Below the pieces are notes generated by a model, which was given only the letters and a program-made list of their open reading frames with translations, was not told the DNA's origin and did not search any database. Of a DNA stretch of 64,000 nucleotides, positions 20,810 to 31,539 are shown in pieces. The translations under genes and the position numbers were made by a program. How positions within the stretch are numbered: the stretch's first letter is position 1; every line of letters begins with the position of its first letter. Location of the stretch: the NCBI GenBank assembly GCA_019058275.1, contig JAHLVW010000101.1:1-64000 (forward strand), in the 5' to 3' direction. This DNA comes from Candidatus Heimdallarchaeota archaeon (GTDB lineage Archaea > Asgardarchaeota > Heimdallarchaeia > JABLTI01).

Positions 20810-20921
20810 GCATCTCAGCCATCTTACCATTTATTCAAAAGAATAATGATACTAATTCAGATTCAAAAATTTTACATTATTAAATATTGTTATTGAATGC
20901 CAAATATATGAGAACAAAACA

Positions 20922-21824
20922 TTATTTCAGAAGATCTTCATTCAATTCAAATTTGAAAATAACTCTAGCTTTTCCGCCTATTTTTACTGATTTTATTCCA
21001 TCATTTGTTGCCTTAATTTTAACCTCTATTTTACCAGATCGTTCCATTGATTCACCTTGTTCAATGATTAACGTGCCAGGTTGGGCAAAACCCTTGCTGA
21101 CAAGATAAGCACCAAGAGCTCCATTTGCCATTCCGGAAACAGCAGTTTCAGGTGCACCCCTGATAGGTTCAAATTGTCTTGAGTAACAAGTGGAACCATC
21201 TAAATAAGTGTCAAATGTGTAAAGGTGCAAACCAGTTACTTTTAATCTACGACATAGCCTTTCTACTTCATCAAATTTCGGAACTAGTGCATCAGTCATT
21301 TCTTTACTCGAGATTAATACCAATAATTTTGGACTTCCAGTATCAGCTATAATTAAAGGCAATTTATCATTTGTTTCAATCTTATCTGTCCTTATACCCA
21401 AAATATCAGCTAGTTTCTGTTTGTTAATCTCAACTTCTCGAAACTTAGGTTTCTTTTGAGTCATGTAGACTTTATCTACGGAGTTATTTTTCCATTTGAT
21501 TTCAACAGGAAATATTCCTTGTTTTGTTTCAATCTTCATAGAGGTCTTACTATTTTCAGGAACAATTTTGCCAAGCTCAGCTAGTAACCAAAGACAAGCA
21601 ATTGTTGCATGTCCACTTATAGGAACTTCTTTCTTTGGAGTGAAAAATTCAATCTTTAGATCAGCCTTCAGACTTTTTGAAATAAATGCAGTTATTGGCA
21701 GATTCATTTCTCGAGTAATAGATTCTCTTTGTTCAATTGAAAACTGTTCTTCAAAATCAATAGCAACAGCTGTAGGATTTCCAAGAAAGGGTTTATCAGT
21801 GAAAGCGTCAACTTGATAAAGCAA
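20922..21824 (-). CDS. PhzF-family isomerase
   Basis: YQVDAFT..PFLGNP, EMNL..TAF, FFTP..EVP..GHAT, IEQGE.M.R.G. Confidence 0.9.
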   Translation of the reverse strand: MLYQVDAFTDKPFLGNPTAVAIDFEEQFSIEQRESITREMNLPITAFISKSLKADLKIEFFTPKKEVPISGHATIACLWLLAELGKIVPENSKTSMKIETKQGIFPVEIKWKNNSVDKVYMTQKKPKFREVEINKQKLADILGIRTDKIETNDKLPLIIADTGSPKLLVLISSKEMTDALVPKFDEVERLCRRLKVTGLHLYTFDTYLDGSTCYSRQFEPIRGAPETAVSGMANGALGAYLVSKGFAQPGTLIIEQGESMERSGKIEVKIKATNDGIKSVKIGGKARVIFKFELNEDLLK

Positions 21825-22042
21825 AACTTTTTTTATCTCCTGTAAATAGTCTTGTTATAATTTAAATTGTAAATTCTTCATTCTGTAAGAATATAAAAAT
21901 TTTTCTTAGAAAGTAGGAAAACAAGCAAATCAATTGATTGAATATGGATTCAATTTGAAAAAATTTTAGTATGGAAAAAGGCATTACCAAATAGATAATA
22001 AGTGTCAAACCATAATTGCTGTAAATACTTGAGGTTAAAATA

Positions 22043-22909
22043 GTGCCAAAGAAGAAGAAAAAGAACAATGCTGATTCTGAACAGCAAGTTGAGAAAGAGG
22101 AACCAAAAAAGAAAAAGAAACGAGAAAGGAAAAAAAGAAACGAGAAACTACCAAAGAAAATTAAGCTAAGTGAAAAAGATCTCAAGAAGAAAGCTGAAAT
22201 AGAAAATAATGTTTACAATTTGCTATTTGATGATATTAATTTGTTTTTGAATGAAATACCTCATATGAGTATGAAATCCTTAAGACAAAAACTGGTTCTA
22301 ATTGATGGGAAACTACTATGGGTAGAGAAACATACTGAGATGGAATTTACAGAAGAGGAAGGATCAGAGGATATTATAGATCTAGAAATGCAAATGCTAG
22401 AAATGGGTGTAGAATTAGAAACTGCAGAAGAAATGAAAATGGCTTTTACTTCAGACTCCCCAGGGTTTGATTTAGAAGCATTCAAAGATGAAATTGAAGA
22501 AACAAAAACATTTGGTGATAATATCAAAGATATACTGAAGGATTTCGAGGATGATGATATTGAAAAACCAATTGATGATTTAATGTCAAAATTCATTCTT
22601 TATGATTTAAGGGCATCAATCGAGAGAGCAATTAATGAAGTTTTTAGATTAGAAGGGAAAATAAAGAAACTGAAAAAACAAGAAGGACAAGAGAAGAAAG
22701 TTCAGGAATTAGAGAGTGAACAGAAAAAGGTTACAAGAAGTAATTTGAAAGACATGATTACGAAATTGAAGAAAGAAAAGCTAAAATTAATTTTACCTGA
22801 AGAAAAAATAGCTGAATTTAAAAAATTAACAAAGAACCAAATAGTAGCAATGAAAGCAAAAGAAGAGAAAGCATTGGAAGAAATGGTCGGAAATTTGTTG
22901 AAGGAATAA
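22043..22909 (+). CDS. Hypothetical highly charged coiled-coil protein
   Basis: 288-aa ORF with poly-Lys N-terminus, acidic centre and GAGG RBS. Confidence 0.65.
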   Translation: MPKKKKKNNADSEQQVEKEEPKKKKKRERKKRNEKLPKKIKLSEKDLKKKAEIENNVYNLLFDDINLFLNEIPHMSMKSLRQKLVLIDGKLLWVEKHTEMEFTEEEGSEDIIDLEMQMLEMGVELETAEEMKMAFTSDSPGFDLEAFKDEIEETKTFGDNIKDILKDFEDDDIEKPIDDLMSKFILYDLRASIERAINEVFRLEGKIKKLKKQEGQEKKVQELESEQKKVTRSNLKDMITKLKKEKLKLILPEEKIAEFKKLTKNQIVAMKAKEEKALEEMVGNLLKE

Positions 22910-22924
22910 AATAATAGAGGTGAA

Positions 22925-23194
22925 ATGATTGTAAATAATGGTGATTATATGGAAGAGCAAGAAATTTTTGGAGTAGTATCAAAGAGAAACAATGTGTACA
23001 TTCTTGCAACAGAAGATGGTAAAGAGTACAAGTTATTTGCAATTAGTCCCTGGGAATCAGTTCCTCCAGAGTTTGATACTACCAAGTTTGCTGAATTTGT
23101 GAGTAAAAAAGTAAAAGCATCTGGTAGAGTTACAGAAGGAGAAATTTGGAATGCATTAGTGCACTGTCCCGATGAATCATACAAAAGCACCTAA
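22925..23194 (+). CDS. Small hypothetical beta-barrel (OB-like) protein
   Basis: GAGGTGA RBS; IFGVV...YIL.TEDGKEYKL...KVKASG. Confidence 0.65.
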   Translation: MIVNNGDYMEEQEIFGVVSKRNNVYILATEDGKEYKLFAISPWESVPPEFDTTKFAEFVSKKVKASGRVTEGEIWNALVHCPDESYKST

Positions 23195-23259
23195 ATTTGA
23201 TGATTTGATTATGAAAGAAGAATAAAGAAAGAAATGATGGATTGATTTCTCATTCCATC

Positions 23260-24444
23260 TTATTGTTCTCTTTTACGACCATATTTTGTAGTATCGAAGA
23301 AAGGATATTTGACTACTTTTGCAGGATAGGGTCTATCTCTAATATTGATGATCAGTTCAGTATCAAGTTCAGTATATTCCAATGGTAAAATAGCCATAGC
23401 AATACCTTTACCTGTTAATGGTGATATAGAACCACTAGTAACTTCTCCAATCATCTTGCCATCCTTTTCAATATCATAACCATGTCTTGGTATACCCTTT
23501 TTGAGAAGTTCTAACCCAACTCTCTTCTGAGTCATTTCTTTTAATGTAAGTTTACCTTCTTCATTTACTGTAGGGTATTTCTTCTCGAGTGCGTCCTGAC
23601 CAATAAAGAAAACTTTAGTCATATCAATGAAGATACCTTGAATTCCTAAATCCATTTCAAAAGGATCGTAATCAGTTGTAAAGTCTTGACCTGATAGTGG
23701 TAAACCACCACCTAATCTTAAAGTATCTCGAGCACCAAGACCACAGGGAAGCAAACCAAAAGGTTTACCTGCGTCAAGAATTGCTTCCCAGAGTTTTATT
23801 GCAATTGAAGCAATGGTCTCTTTGGTTGCTATAACAGTTATTTCAAATCCATCTTCGCCTGTATAACCAGTTCTAGATGCTTTAACATCTATGCCAGCTA
23901 ATTTAGTTTCAAAATAACCCCAACTTCTGGGAATTTCATCTTCAGTCATTGACTCTAGAATTTTTATTGCTTTAGAACCTTGTAAAGCGAACATAGCTGA
24001 ATCTAAAGTAAAATCATAATAATTAATATCTAAATCTGATTTCCTTTGTTTTTCGTTATCAATGAATTTAATCATATGATTCCAGTCATTAACTCTTGGT
24101 CCTGCATTGCAAACAAAAATAACATAGTCCTCTCTTTTTCTCATGGTTACACAATCGTCAAGCATTCCTCCATTTTCATCTAATAAATAGCTATACCCAC
24201 ATCGACCATCTGCGAGTTTCATTAGATTCCTTGGAAGGATTTTATTGAGAATTGGGAAGACATCCTTCCCAGTAAAGCGAAATCGTCCCATATGGCTAAC
24301 GTCAAAAATACCTGCATTATCACGAACTGCCATATGCTCCTCTCTTATTGAAGAAAATTGCATAGGTAATGACCATCCACCAAAAGAAGCCATATCCCCA
24401 TGTTCTTTATGCCAATCATAAATTGGAGTTTTCATATCAGTCAT
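23260..24444 (-). CDS. gcvT: Glycine cleavage system aminomethyltransferase T
   Basis: F.GW.LP.QF, EH.AVR..AGIFDVSHMG, SRTGYTGEDGFE, GLGARDTLRL, GEVTSG. Confidence 0.95.
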   Translation of the reverse strand: MTDMKTPIYDWHKEHGDMASFGGWSLPMQFSSIREEHMAVRDNAGIFDVSHMGRFRFTGKDVFPILNKILPRNLMKLADGRCGYSYLLDENGGMLDDCVTMRKREDYVIFVCNAGPRVNDWNHMIKFIDNEKQRKSDLDINYYDFTLDSAMFALQGSKAIKILESMTEDEIPRSWGYFETKLAGIDVKASRTGYTGEDGFEITVIATKETIASIAIKLWEAILDAGKPFGLLPCGLGARDTLRLGGGLPLSGQDFTTDYDPFEMDLGIQGIFIDMTKVFFIGQDALEKKYPTVNEEGKLTLKEMTQKRVGLELLKKGIPRHGYDIEKDGKMIGEVTSGSISPLTGKGIAMAILPLEYTELDTELIINIRDRPYPAKVVKYPFFDTTKYGRKREQ

Positions 24445-24600
24445 TGTTAAACCTCGTTATTTTAAATAACAATAATTGTGATCTTTCTATTTAATCACAA
24501 ATAATTTCTTCTTTAAAAATTTTAAGGGAATATCTAGAATGGTAAATAAGTAAAAATAATTCAAATTCTTTGTTTTCATACAATTTTTGTGAGCTGAATT

Positions 24601-26082
24601 TTGTTGACACTTTCTAAAAAAGCAGTTATGATAGCTTTTATTCTATTTTGTTCATCATTTATACAACTTTTAATTTATCCTACTTTGGTTTTTGTTAATA
24701 GCGATCCGGTTATTGAAAACGAAGATCCATTTATAGTAGGTTTTTCAGAGGATATACTAATTTCCACAAATGATGGTGATTATGTTCATCATGTTGAACC
24801 AACATTGGCAATAGATTCAGATGGTAAGATTTTCGCTGGTTGGAAAAATGCTGATGGTCATAATACAAGAGGTGTAAGAGTAAGTTTTTCTAGATCAGAT
24901 GATAATGGAAAAACCTGGACAACACCTTATAATATGCCAATGTTTGAAGGTATTTTTACTGGGCAATCTGATCCTTGGTTTGCACTATATCAAGATATTA
25001 TCTATTACGCGTATCTAGAATATTCAAGAGCAATTACTTCTGATTTGTCACAGATAACTGTAGCCAAAAGTGATGATTATGGCTACTCTTGGTCAACAGT
25101 GAGTGCTACAAATGGTGATGATTTCGCTGATAAAGAAACAATGACGATAGATAGTTTGGGAAATATCTACGTTGCTTATGATGATATTTTGACTAATGGA
25201 ACTGTAATTGTAAGGATAACCCGTTCAATTAATGAAGGCGAAAGTTTTCAAGAAAGAGGGATAATTGCTGATAGTAGAATACATCCAATTGATCATGTTG
25301 GACCATATGTTACAACCAATAGTGAGAATGATGTATTTGTAACTTGGACTTGGATTACTACTGATTATTGGGGAGACATTTACATTACAAATTCAACTGA
25401 TCAAGGTGCAACATTTGAAACTAGACTAGATATCAATCCAACAAGTGAGAATGGAACTTTCACTATTGATCTGGCTGGACGACCAAAAGAAGTGACATTA
25501 CCAGTTATTAAGTTTGATAGTAATGATAGGTTATACATTCTTTGGTCTGAATTGATCGATCCGGATGGTTCTTGGGGTATCTTCTTACGATACTCAGATG
25601 ATAATGGTTTGACTTGGAGTTCTAGATATACAATTAATCAAATAGTAAATGGCAATCAATGGCAACCAGATATGGACATAGATTCGCAAGGTAGATTACA
25701 TATCTCTTATTATGACCAGCAAGGGAATAGCTATGGACCGTACTATCGTATAGCATATTTTTCAAGCTATTCGAGTACTGAACTAATAATAACAGATGCA
25801 ATACCAATAGCTAGTGATAATACTTCTACTGTTTATACAAGGCCAGGAGATTATTTCACTATAAGAGTAGACTCAGATGATATACCACATGTTGTTTGGA
25901 CAGATGGTAGAAATGAAGAGATGGATATATTCTATAGTCATGGAATAACTGCTGGGTTGTCATCTTTGCAGAAAGGATTAGCAATTGGAATACCAATTAG
26001 TGTCATTGTAATTGGAGTGTCATTATCTATTGTGATAATTACAAAAGAAAGAAAATACAAAAATAAAAGAAAGAGTGGATAA
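24601..26082 (+). CDS. Secreted, membrane-anchored sialidase-like (Asp-box beta-propeller) protein
   Basis: N-terminal signal, repeated SDD.G.TW Asp boxes, GDY..WTDGR, C-terminal TM + basic tail. Confidence 0.8.
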   Translation: MLTLSKKAVMIAFILFCSSFIQLLIYPTLVFVNSDPVIENEDPFIVGFSEDILISTNDGDYVHHVEPTLAIDSDGKIFAGWKNADGHNTRGVRVSFSRSDDNGKTWTTPYNMPMFEGIFTGQSDPWFALYQDIIYYAYLEYSRAITSDLSQITVAKSDDYGYSWSTVSATNGDDFADKETMTIDSLGNIYVAYDDILTNGTVIVRITRSINEGESFQERGIIADSRIHPIDHVGPYVTTNSENDVFVTWTWITTDYWGDIYITNSTDQGATFETRLDINPTSENGTFTIDLAGRPKEVTLPVIKFDSNDRLYILWSELIDPDGSWGIFLRYSDDNGLTWSSRYTINQIVNGNQWQPDMDIDSQGRLHISYYDQQGNSYGPYYRIAYFSSYSSTELIITDAIPIASDNTSTVYTRPGDYFTIRVDSDDIPHVVWTDGRNEEMDIFYSHGITAGLSSLQKGLAIGIPISVIVIGVSLSIVIITKERKYKNKRKSG

Positions 26083-26126
26083 ATTATCTCAGTTCTTCAG
26101 TTAGTTTCTTCACATTAGTAACTGTT

Positions 26127-27017
26127 TCATTTGAAAATCCACTCTTTATCCCATGTACCAATATATGAGAAAGCTAACGAATTAGGACCTGTATGAATAC
26201 CTACCAAAGGATTTGCTTCAAAAAAGTTGATTGTTATACTACCAGTATTCTCGTTCTCTATTGCTTCTAATATTCCTTGAGCCATAGATGAATTCCTTGT
26301 ATGCCAAAAGAATACCTCATTGAATTCTGTGTTCTCAAGAATCTTTTTGCCAAATTTCTTCAGCTGTGGAACTATTTTCTTTTTCTGTAAAACACCTGCT
26401 CCTTGAATTACTCCTTCATTCATGTATAGAACAGGATTTAGACCGAATGTCGTTGCTAATAATTTTTTAGCTCGGCCGATATGACCTGATAAGTATAAGT
26501 AGTTTAAATTCTGAAAAACAAAAACTGTTCTTATTTTCTTGTAGCTTGACTCTAAAGATTTTAAAATCTGATCCTTTGACTTGTTTTCATAAGCCATTTT
26601 AGAAGCGAAGAGTGCTAAAATTCCAACACCTGTGGTTATTTGCTTAGAATCAAAGATTGTTATGTCTTTATCTGGAAAATTGTCAGTAACAAATATTCTT
26701 GCATAGTCATTGATATTTGACATTTCACCAGAGAGGAATATAGCAATAACTGATTTACCTTTAGTCAATGCTTCATTAAAACCAGTCATTAATTCATTGG
26801 GTGTAGGAATAGATGTATTTGGGAGATTTTCTTTATTACATGCTGCTAACTTTTTATAAAACTCATCTCGAGTAATTTCATTTCTATCCACACCCCAACA
26901 ACGATATACTGCATCTTCAAATGTAATTCGATAGGGCAAAACAGTAATATTGTATTTTTCGATCATCTCATTTGTGAGATTGCCCACCCCATCGGTAACT
27001 ATCGCTACCTCTTTCAT
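26127..27017 (-). CDS. degV: DegV/FakB fatty-acid-binding protein
   Basis: VAIVTD, P.TS.P, LSGEMS, FDSK, L.YL..SG.IG, VGIHTGP. Start likely ATG 27017 (track 27029). Confidence 0.88.
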   Translation of the reverse strand: MKEVAIVTDGVGNLTNEMIEKYNITVLPYRITFEDAVYRCWGVDRNEITRDEFYKKLAACNKENLPNTSIPTPNELMTGFNEALTKGKSVIAIFLSGEMSNINDYARIFVTDNFPDKDITIFDSKQITTGVGILALFASKMAYENKSKDQILKSLESSYKKIRTVFVFQNLNYLYLSGHIGRAKKLLATTFGLNPVLYMNEGVIQGAGVLQKKKIVPQLKKFGKKILENTEFNEVFFWHTRNSSMAQGILEAIENENTGSITINFFEANPLVGIHTGPNSLAFSYIGTWDKEWIFK

Positions 27018-27194
27018 AGTTGAGATCACTTCAATAGGTTGTTAAAGCCTAAGCTTCGATAGATAGTAATTACTAAACATTTGATTCTAGATATAAAAAG
27101 TTTAATCTGAAAATTAGTTTTTAATTATGTCATTATAAGCTTCGAATATTATTACCAATAATCTAATTTTTGGAATATTAGTCATAAAAGAAAT

Positions 27195-27273
27195 TGGTAG
27201 CGCGGGGTGGATTCGAACCACCGATCCCAGGGTTATGAGCCCTGTGGGCACAACCTAGCTACCCCACCGCGCT
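27195..27273 (-). tRNA. Initiator tRNA-Met (CAT), CCA encoded, no intron
   Basis: AGCGCGG...CAGGG-CTCATAA-CCCTG...GGTTCGAATCC...CCGCGCT-ACCA. A1-U72 pair and three G-C pairs in the anticodon stem. Confidence 0.96.
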
Positions 27274-27403
27274 CTATTTAAGTCTCTATACTTTTTTTAA
27301 AAAATCAAGATTTATAAGGTTTAGCTTCGTTTTTTATCGACATTAGAAAATAAATTTCTATACTAATTCATACTTTCATACTAAAATTAATTATCTTCAG
27401 ACT

Positions 27404-28228
27404 TTATTTCTCAGAAATCAATTTTGTTATATACTTTGCTGGTACAAAATCGAAATAGACATTTAATGGTGAGAGATTCTTGATTTTTTCTTTATAAATT
27501 TCTTGAGGAGGTTTATGTTTGATTAGAATTTTATGTACTTTTGAAGACATACTAGATATTTTATTTGATGATGCTGCTACAATAAATGATTTCTTGTAGA
27601 AATTTGCTGTGAGAGCTAACAAAAAGGATCCCACTTTGTTTATTACAGAGCCATCAGAAAAGATAGTATCAGCACCTATTGCAAATGCTTCCACTTCCTC
27701 TCCAAAATATCCTGTTGCTGCATCAACAATAATATGAACTTCATAACCAAGATTTGCAAGTTCTTTTGCTAATATTTGTCCTTCTAAAATGGGTCTTGAT
27801 TCCAATACAAAAATTCGCTTATTTCTTCTTTCATCTGGTATTTCTCTTAGTGCATTTAGAATCGTTGAACTTGCAGAGATAGTCATAATTGATTTGTATT
27901 TTAAGAGATAATTACTCATATTGCTGATAGTTCGTATTTCTCTATCTAAAACAATTCTCGCTTCTTCATCTATTCTTCGTATAATAATTTCCTTTTGCTT
28001 TGCTATCAGATTTTCTCTTATTTTAATTAAGGAATTTTTAATTGAAGCCATTTCTGGATGAACTTTCATTAATTCCTCTATTGTGAATTTAAGATCATTT
28101 TCAATATTTTCTGAAAGCTGAAGTTCTTCTTTTAATACTCTAAGTACTTCTAAAGTTAAGAATACAGCACCGTGTGAAGAATCGCTATGTAATTTTTTTG
28201 ATTCTGATTGGAAATTCAAGGATGGCAT
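27404..28228 (-). CDS. eIF-2B alpha/beta/delta-like protein
   Basis: HGA, HPEMA, MTISAS, LESRP..EG, GAD.I..DG.VINKVGS, NVYFDFVP. Confidence 0.85.
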   Translation of the reverse strand: MPSLNFQSESKKLHSDSSHGAVFLTLEVLRVLKEELQLSENIENDLKFTIEELMKVHPEMASIKNSLIKIRENLIAKQKEIIIRRIDEEARIVLDREIRTISNMSNYLLKYKSIMTISASSTILNALREIPDERRNKRIFVLESRPILEGQILAKELANLGYEVHIIVDAATGYFGEEVEAFAIGADTIFSDGSVINKVGSFLLALTANFYKKSFIVAASSNKISSMSSKVHKILIKHKPPQEIYKEKIKNLSPLNVYFDFVPAKYITKLISEK

Positions 28229-28244
28229 AATCTAACTACTCACT

Positions 28245-28823
28245 TTATTTAATTTTAAGCACCATTTGATATGCTTCTTCTAACCATTCCTCTCTTTGCT
28301 TCTTTGAAACGAAATTCACCTTAAATTTAGCAAAATTTTGCCAATCTTCAACTCCACAATATTTCCAAACATAATAAACTGATTTGTAAGTTATATCTCC
28401 AAAAAACTCCTTTTCTAATTGCTCCTCTACATCAAATGTTTGAACAAGAATACCTTTTTTGTCTGTTAAGAGTGGAACAGGATGATCAACCTCATAATTG
28501 AATGCAAATCCTTCAGTTAGAACTCTATCAAAATATCCTTTGAGAATGGCTGGAACACCATACCACCAAGCAGGATGAATGATGATTATCACGTTAGCCC
28601 ATTTGATATCGTGTTGATATTTGACAATCGTCTTATAACCAGATAATGATTTTGTCTCACCCCTTAATTCTTCCTTAGATAATAGAGGATTGAATTTAGA
28701 GTAATATAAGTCATGAATGCGAACAGTATTTTTGTTGGCTTTTAACCCTTTTACAATCATTTCCTTAATAGCATTACAAAAACTGTTCTCTTTTGGGTGT
28801 GCATAGATGATTAAGATATTCAT
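28245..28823 (-). CDS. NAD(P)H:quinone oxidoreductase (flavodoxin-like, MdaB/KefF type)
   Basis: IYAHP..SF, DLY..FNP, P.WWYGVPAILKGYFDRV..GFAF. Confidence 0.9.
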   Translation of the reverse strand: MNILIIYAHPKENSFCNAIKEMIVKGLKANKNTVRIHDLYYSKFNPLLSKEELRGETKSLSGYKTIVKYQHDIKWANVIIIIHPAWWYGVPAILKGYFDRVLTEGFAFNYEVDHPVPLLTDKKGILVQTFDVEEQLEKEFFGDITYKSVYYVWKYCGVEDWQNFAKFKVNFVSKKQREEWLEEAYQMVLKIK

Positions 28824-28929
28824 AGTAAACCTAATGTGATTTGTAAATAAAATTCTATTGTCAAGACATGTGATACAGCAATTTTACATAAAAAAATTGA
28901 CTGATAGAAAAAAATAGAAAGAACACCTA

Positions 28930-30243
28930 CTATAGCTTATAGGCATCCAAATCTTTCATTAGAAATGACAATACTATTCCAATTACAAATAATCCTGTCA
29001 TTATGTATATGCTAATATTCATTAAACCAGGATTAAATTTATCAGTGAGTATCATTCCACCAAGCAAAATAACTCCACAAACTTGACCTATCCACATCAT
29101 AAATCCATTTGATGTTTCTTCTGGTACTGGATGTGTTATTTCAGCAGCAAATGTAAGTCCTACTGGTAATGCAGATACTAGGAGTAACCCATAGAAAAAT
29201 GAAACAATGTACCTAAAAACATCAATTGCAATTTGCTGAGTAAACATGAGATCAGCAAATATCAATAGTGGTGTAAAAATAGCTCCACCAAACATTGCCA
29301 GGATGATGAAAATCTTTCTCTTTTGATATTTATCTGACAAAGTTGAAAATACTATTGCTCCAATGATTCCTCCTACGATCATTACTCCTGCGATATAAGA
29401 AGGCGTATCAACACCTTGGGGATATTCAAAAATTAAATCTAGTGCAGAAGATATCGCATTGAATACTCCAAGACCAATGAAAAGAATTAGAAATAGTAAT
29501 GTAAAATCGCGGTTCTTAAATAATGAAAAAGTTCCTTGAGTTGCTAAAACTTTGCTTTTATCACTATAAGCATTTGCTGGAGTAGGTGGTTTATTTTTAA
29601 CAAATATCAGATAAAGAACCATAGATAATAACATTAGACCACCAAAAATGTAGAGTGTCAAATTCATGCGATATGTACTTGGATCAGGATTATTAGGATC
29701 AGCACCTAGAAGCATTGGAGCAGTTAAGAAAGTAATAATTACTCCCAATAGCATTGCCATTGTACCTAAGCCAGTAGCAAGGGTTTTCTCTTTTTCAGGA
29801 AACCATGTTGCTGCAAGTTTTGTAAATGAATTTAAGATAAATGGTTGACCGATTGCAGTCATTATTGTACAAAATAGTAACCAACCATAGTTTCCTGGTA
29901 TTACTGGTCGCAAAAATCCAAATACGCCCATGATGATTACTCCAATACCTGTTCCCCATTTTAAGCCAAATCTATCAATGGCCCAACAAGCAAGAAAATT
30001 GAAAGGTATATATGCAAGCATAAACATCAATGAAAGAAGTAAAATTAGACCATTACTTACACCATAAAAACCGGCTGATTCATCTGTAATGCCAGCAAAA
30101 GTTATCCATATGACTTGAGACATTGCACCAACAAACATGAAGATGCCTAGAACTACCCATCTATACGGATAAGTTTTATATTCAGTTTTATCTAATCTAT
30201 CAACTTCAATATTTTCAGTAGAATTATTTTCCAAAGAGTCCAA
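28930..30243 (-). CDS. MFS transporter, FLVCR/SLC49-like
   Basis: YKTYPYRWVVL, WITFA, IGQPFILN...KLAATWFP.KE...ATG, FAAEITHPVPE.TS.G. Confidence 0.85.
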   Translation of the reverse strand: MDSLENNSTENIEVDRLDKTEYKTYPYRWVVLGIFMFVGAMSQVIWITFAGITDESAGFYGVSNGLILLLSLMFMLAYIPFNFLACWAIDRFGLKWGTGIGVIIMGVFGFLRPVIPGNYGWLLFCTIMTAIGQPFILNSFTKLAATWFPEKEKTLATGLGTMAMLLGVIITFLTAPMLLGADPNNPDPSTYRMNLTLYIFGGLMLLSMVLYLIFVKNKPPTPANAYSDKSKVLATQGTFSLFKNRDFTLLFLILFIGLGVFNAISSALDLIFEYPQGVDTPSYIAGVMIVGGIIGAIVFSTLSDKYQKRKIFIILAMFGGAIFTPLLIFADLMFTQQIAIDVFRYIVSFFYGLLLVSALPVGLTFAAEITHPVPEETSNGFMMWIGQVCGVILLGGMILTDKFNPGLMNISIYIMTGLFVIGIVLSFLMKDLDAYKL

Positions 30244-30647
30244 ATCTCCTGTTTAGAATGCAAAATCTTTTGTAATAATATTTAGAGTGTTAAAAAAGAT
30301 TCCTCAGAAAATACAGAATAAACAATGAAATTCATCTATTTTTCTCACAATAAAAGTAAATTAGCGAATCTGGAAACAATCCAATTATCAACAAAAAAGC
30401 CAGTTTTTGGCATTGATAATTGGACTGCTCACAGACATATCAAAATGACTTCAGATTGATAACTACTACTTTCAAGCGTGAAGATGTCTAACTGATTTCT
30501 TCTCAAGCTGTCCTTTGTTCCTGCGATAGAGATTTCTATTAGTCATTATAATGTAAGTATGATTTCTGAGCTACTCTTTTTTTCTCTCATGATCCAATCC
30601 TTTGACTATCTACCTCTTATATTCTTTAAGGTAAATCCTAATTTTTC

Positions 30648-30740
30648 CTTATATAAATTGTCCCGCGACGCTAAATTGAGTAATGTTAGTGGTGCCTAAT
30701 TATTTCGTATAATCCTTTATGAGTTTTTTGTCTCGGGACA
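30648..30740 (+). promoter_or_regulatory. TATA box followed by two TGTCYCGRGACA-type palindromes
   Basis: CTTATATAAA (30648-30657), TGTCCCGCGACG (30659-30670), TGTCTCGGGACA (30729-30740). Confidence 0.65.
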
Positions 30741-30802
30741 AAATGTATATTCTATCGACAGAATTAAACCTTAACCACATTTTAGTGGAGGGTAGACTTA
30801 TA

Positions 30803-31382
30803 TTGAAGAAATTTACAAAAGTTCTATTCATAATTATTGCTCTAATCGGAGTAACTTCAATTGCTGATGTTCAAGCAGAACAACCATATAAGCATCTAAC
30901 TTACAGCGACGTCACTTCTTCATTTCAAGCATTTTTGACTGGTGGTTATATTGTAAATTCACTAGACAATATGGTGGCAGCACCTGAGAAGTAAAAGCAG
31001 GAAGAATAAGTCCTTGGTTTCCAATGGATTACTGTGTTATGGCTACACATGTAATATGCTTTTACACTATTTTTAACACTGAAGATCATGAATTAGCTCT
31101 AGAATTTTACAAAATGGAGACAACTGGCTTACTTAAATCTATGTTCATTCTTAATGGTGTACAATTAGACATAAAATTAACAGCAATGAAACGACATCTT
31201 GGTTATCTTGAATATCCTCAATATGGTTGGTAGTACGGAGTAGGCGCTTTATTTAAACTTGAAGAACTTCCTGTGGGTACATATGATTTAGAAACTCAAA
31301 TTGATGTCTGGATAGATGGCATCGGATGGTTTACAGCTTTCTATTGGACAACATATTAAATATTGTTGAATGCTGGCACTAA
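30803..31382 (+). pseudogene. Decayed gene for a secreted protein
   Basis: Signal peptide MKKFTKVLFIIIALIG...VQA; frameshift at CCTGAGAAG (~30985-30990); in-frame TAG 31231 followed by YGVGALFKLEELPVGTYDLET...; probable further shift near 31357. Confidence 0.7.
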
Positions 31383-31492
31383 ACCAGCTTCTCTTTCTTT
31401 TTTACACATTATATAATAATGAAGTCAAATACTACTTTTTCATATCAACAAGATATTTAACTAACCATTCTTAAAATAATCTGTAAGCGAAG

Positions 31493-31515
31493 TTTTAAAT
31501 AATTGTCCCGAGACA
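31493..31515 (+). promoter_or_regulatory. TATA box + palindromic operator of the AT-hook/bZIP-like gene
   Basis: TTTTAAATA (31493-31501), then TGTCCCGAGACA (31504-31515), the exact reverse complement of the 30729 site. Confidence 0.7.
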
Positions 31516-31539
31516 GTAAATAACAATAAGTGATCAATT

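Noticed and set aside
20703-20822. 40-aa N-terminal extension of uS15
   Set aside because: Canonical MARMH start has its own RBS; the upstream sequence is better explained as RNA structure
27195-27273. tRNA as integration site
   Set aside because: No duplicated 3' end or integrase seen in the window
30300-30600. Possible gene remnant or ncRNA between the MFS gene and the operator
   Set aside because: Only short broken frames, with no recognisable motif or stable fold
31231-31233. In-frame TAG as pyrrolysine readthrough
   Set aside because: The same gene also has frameshifts; TGG->TAG decay is simpler
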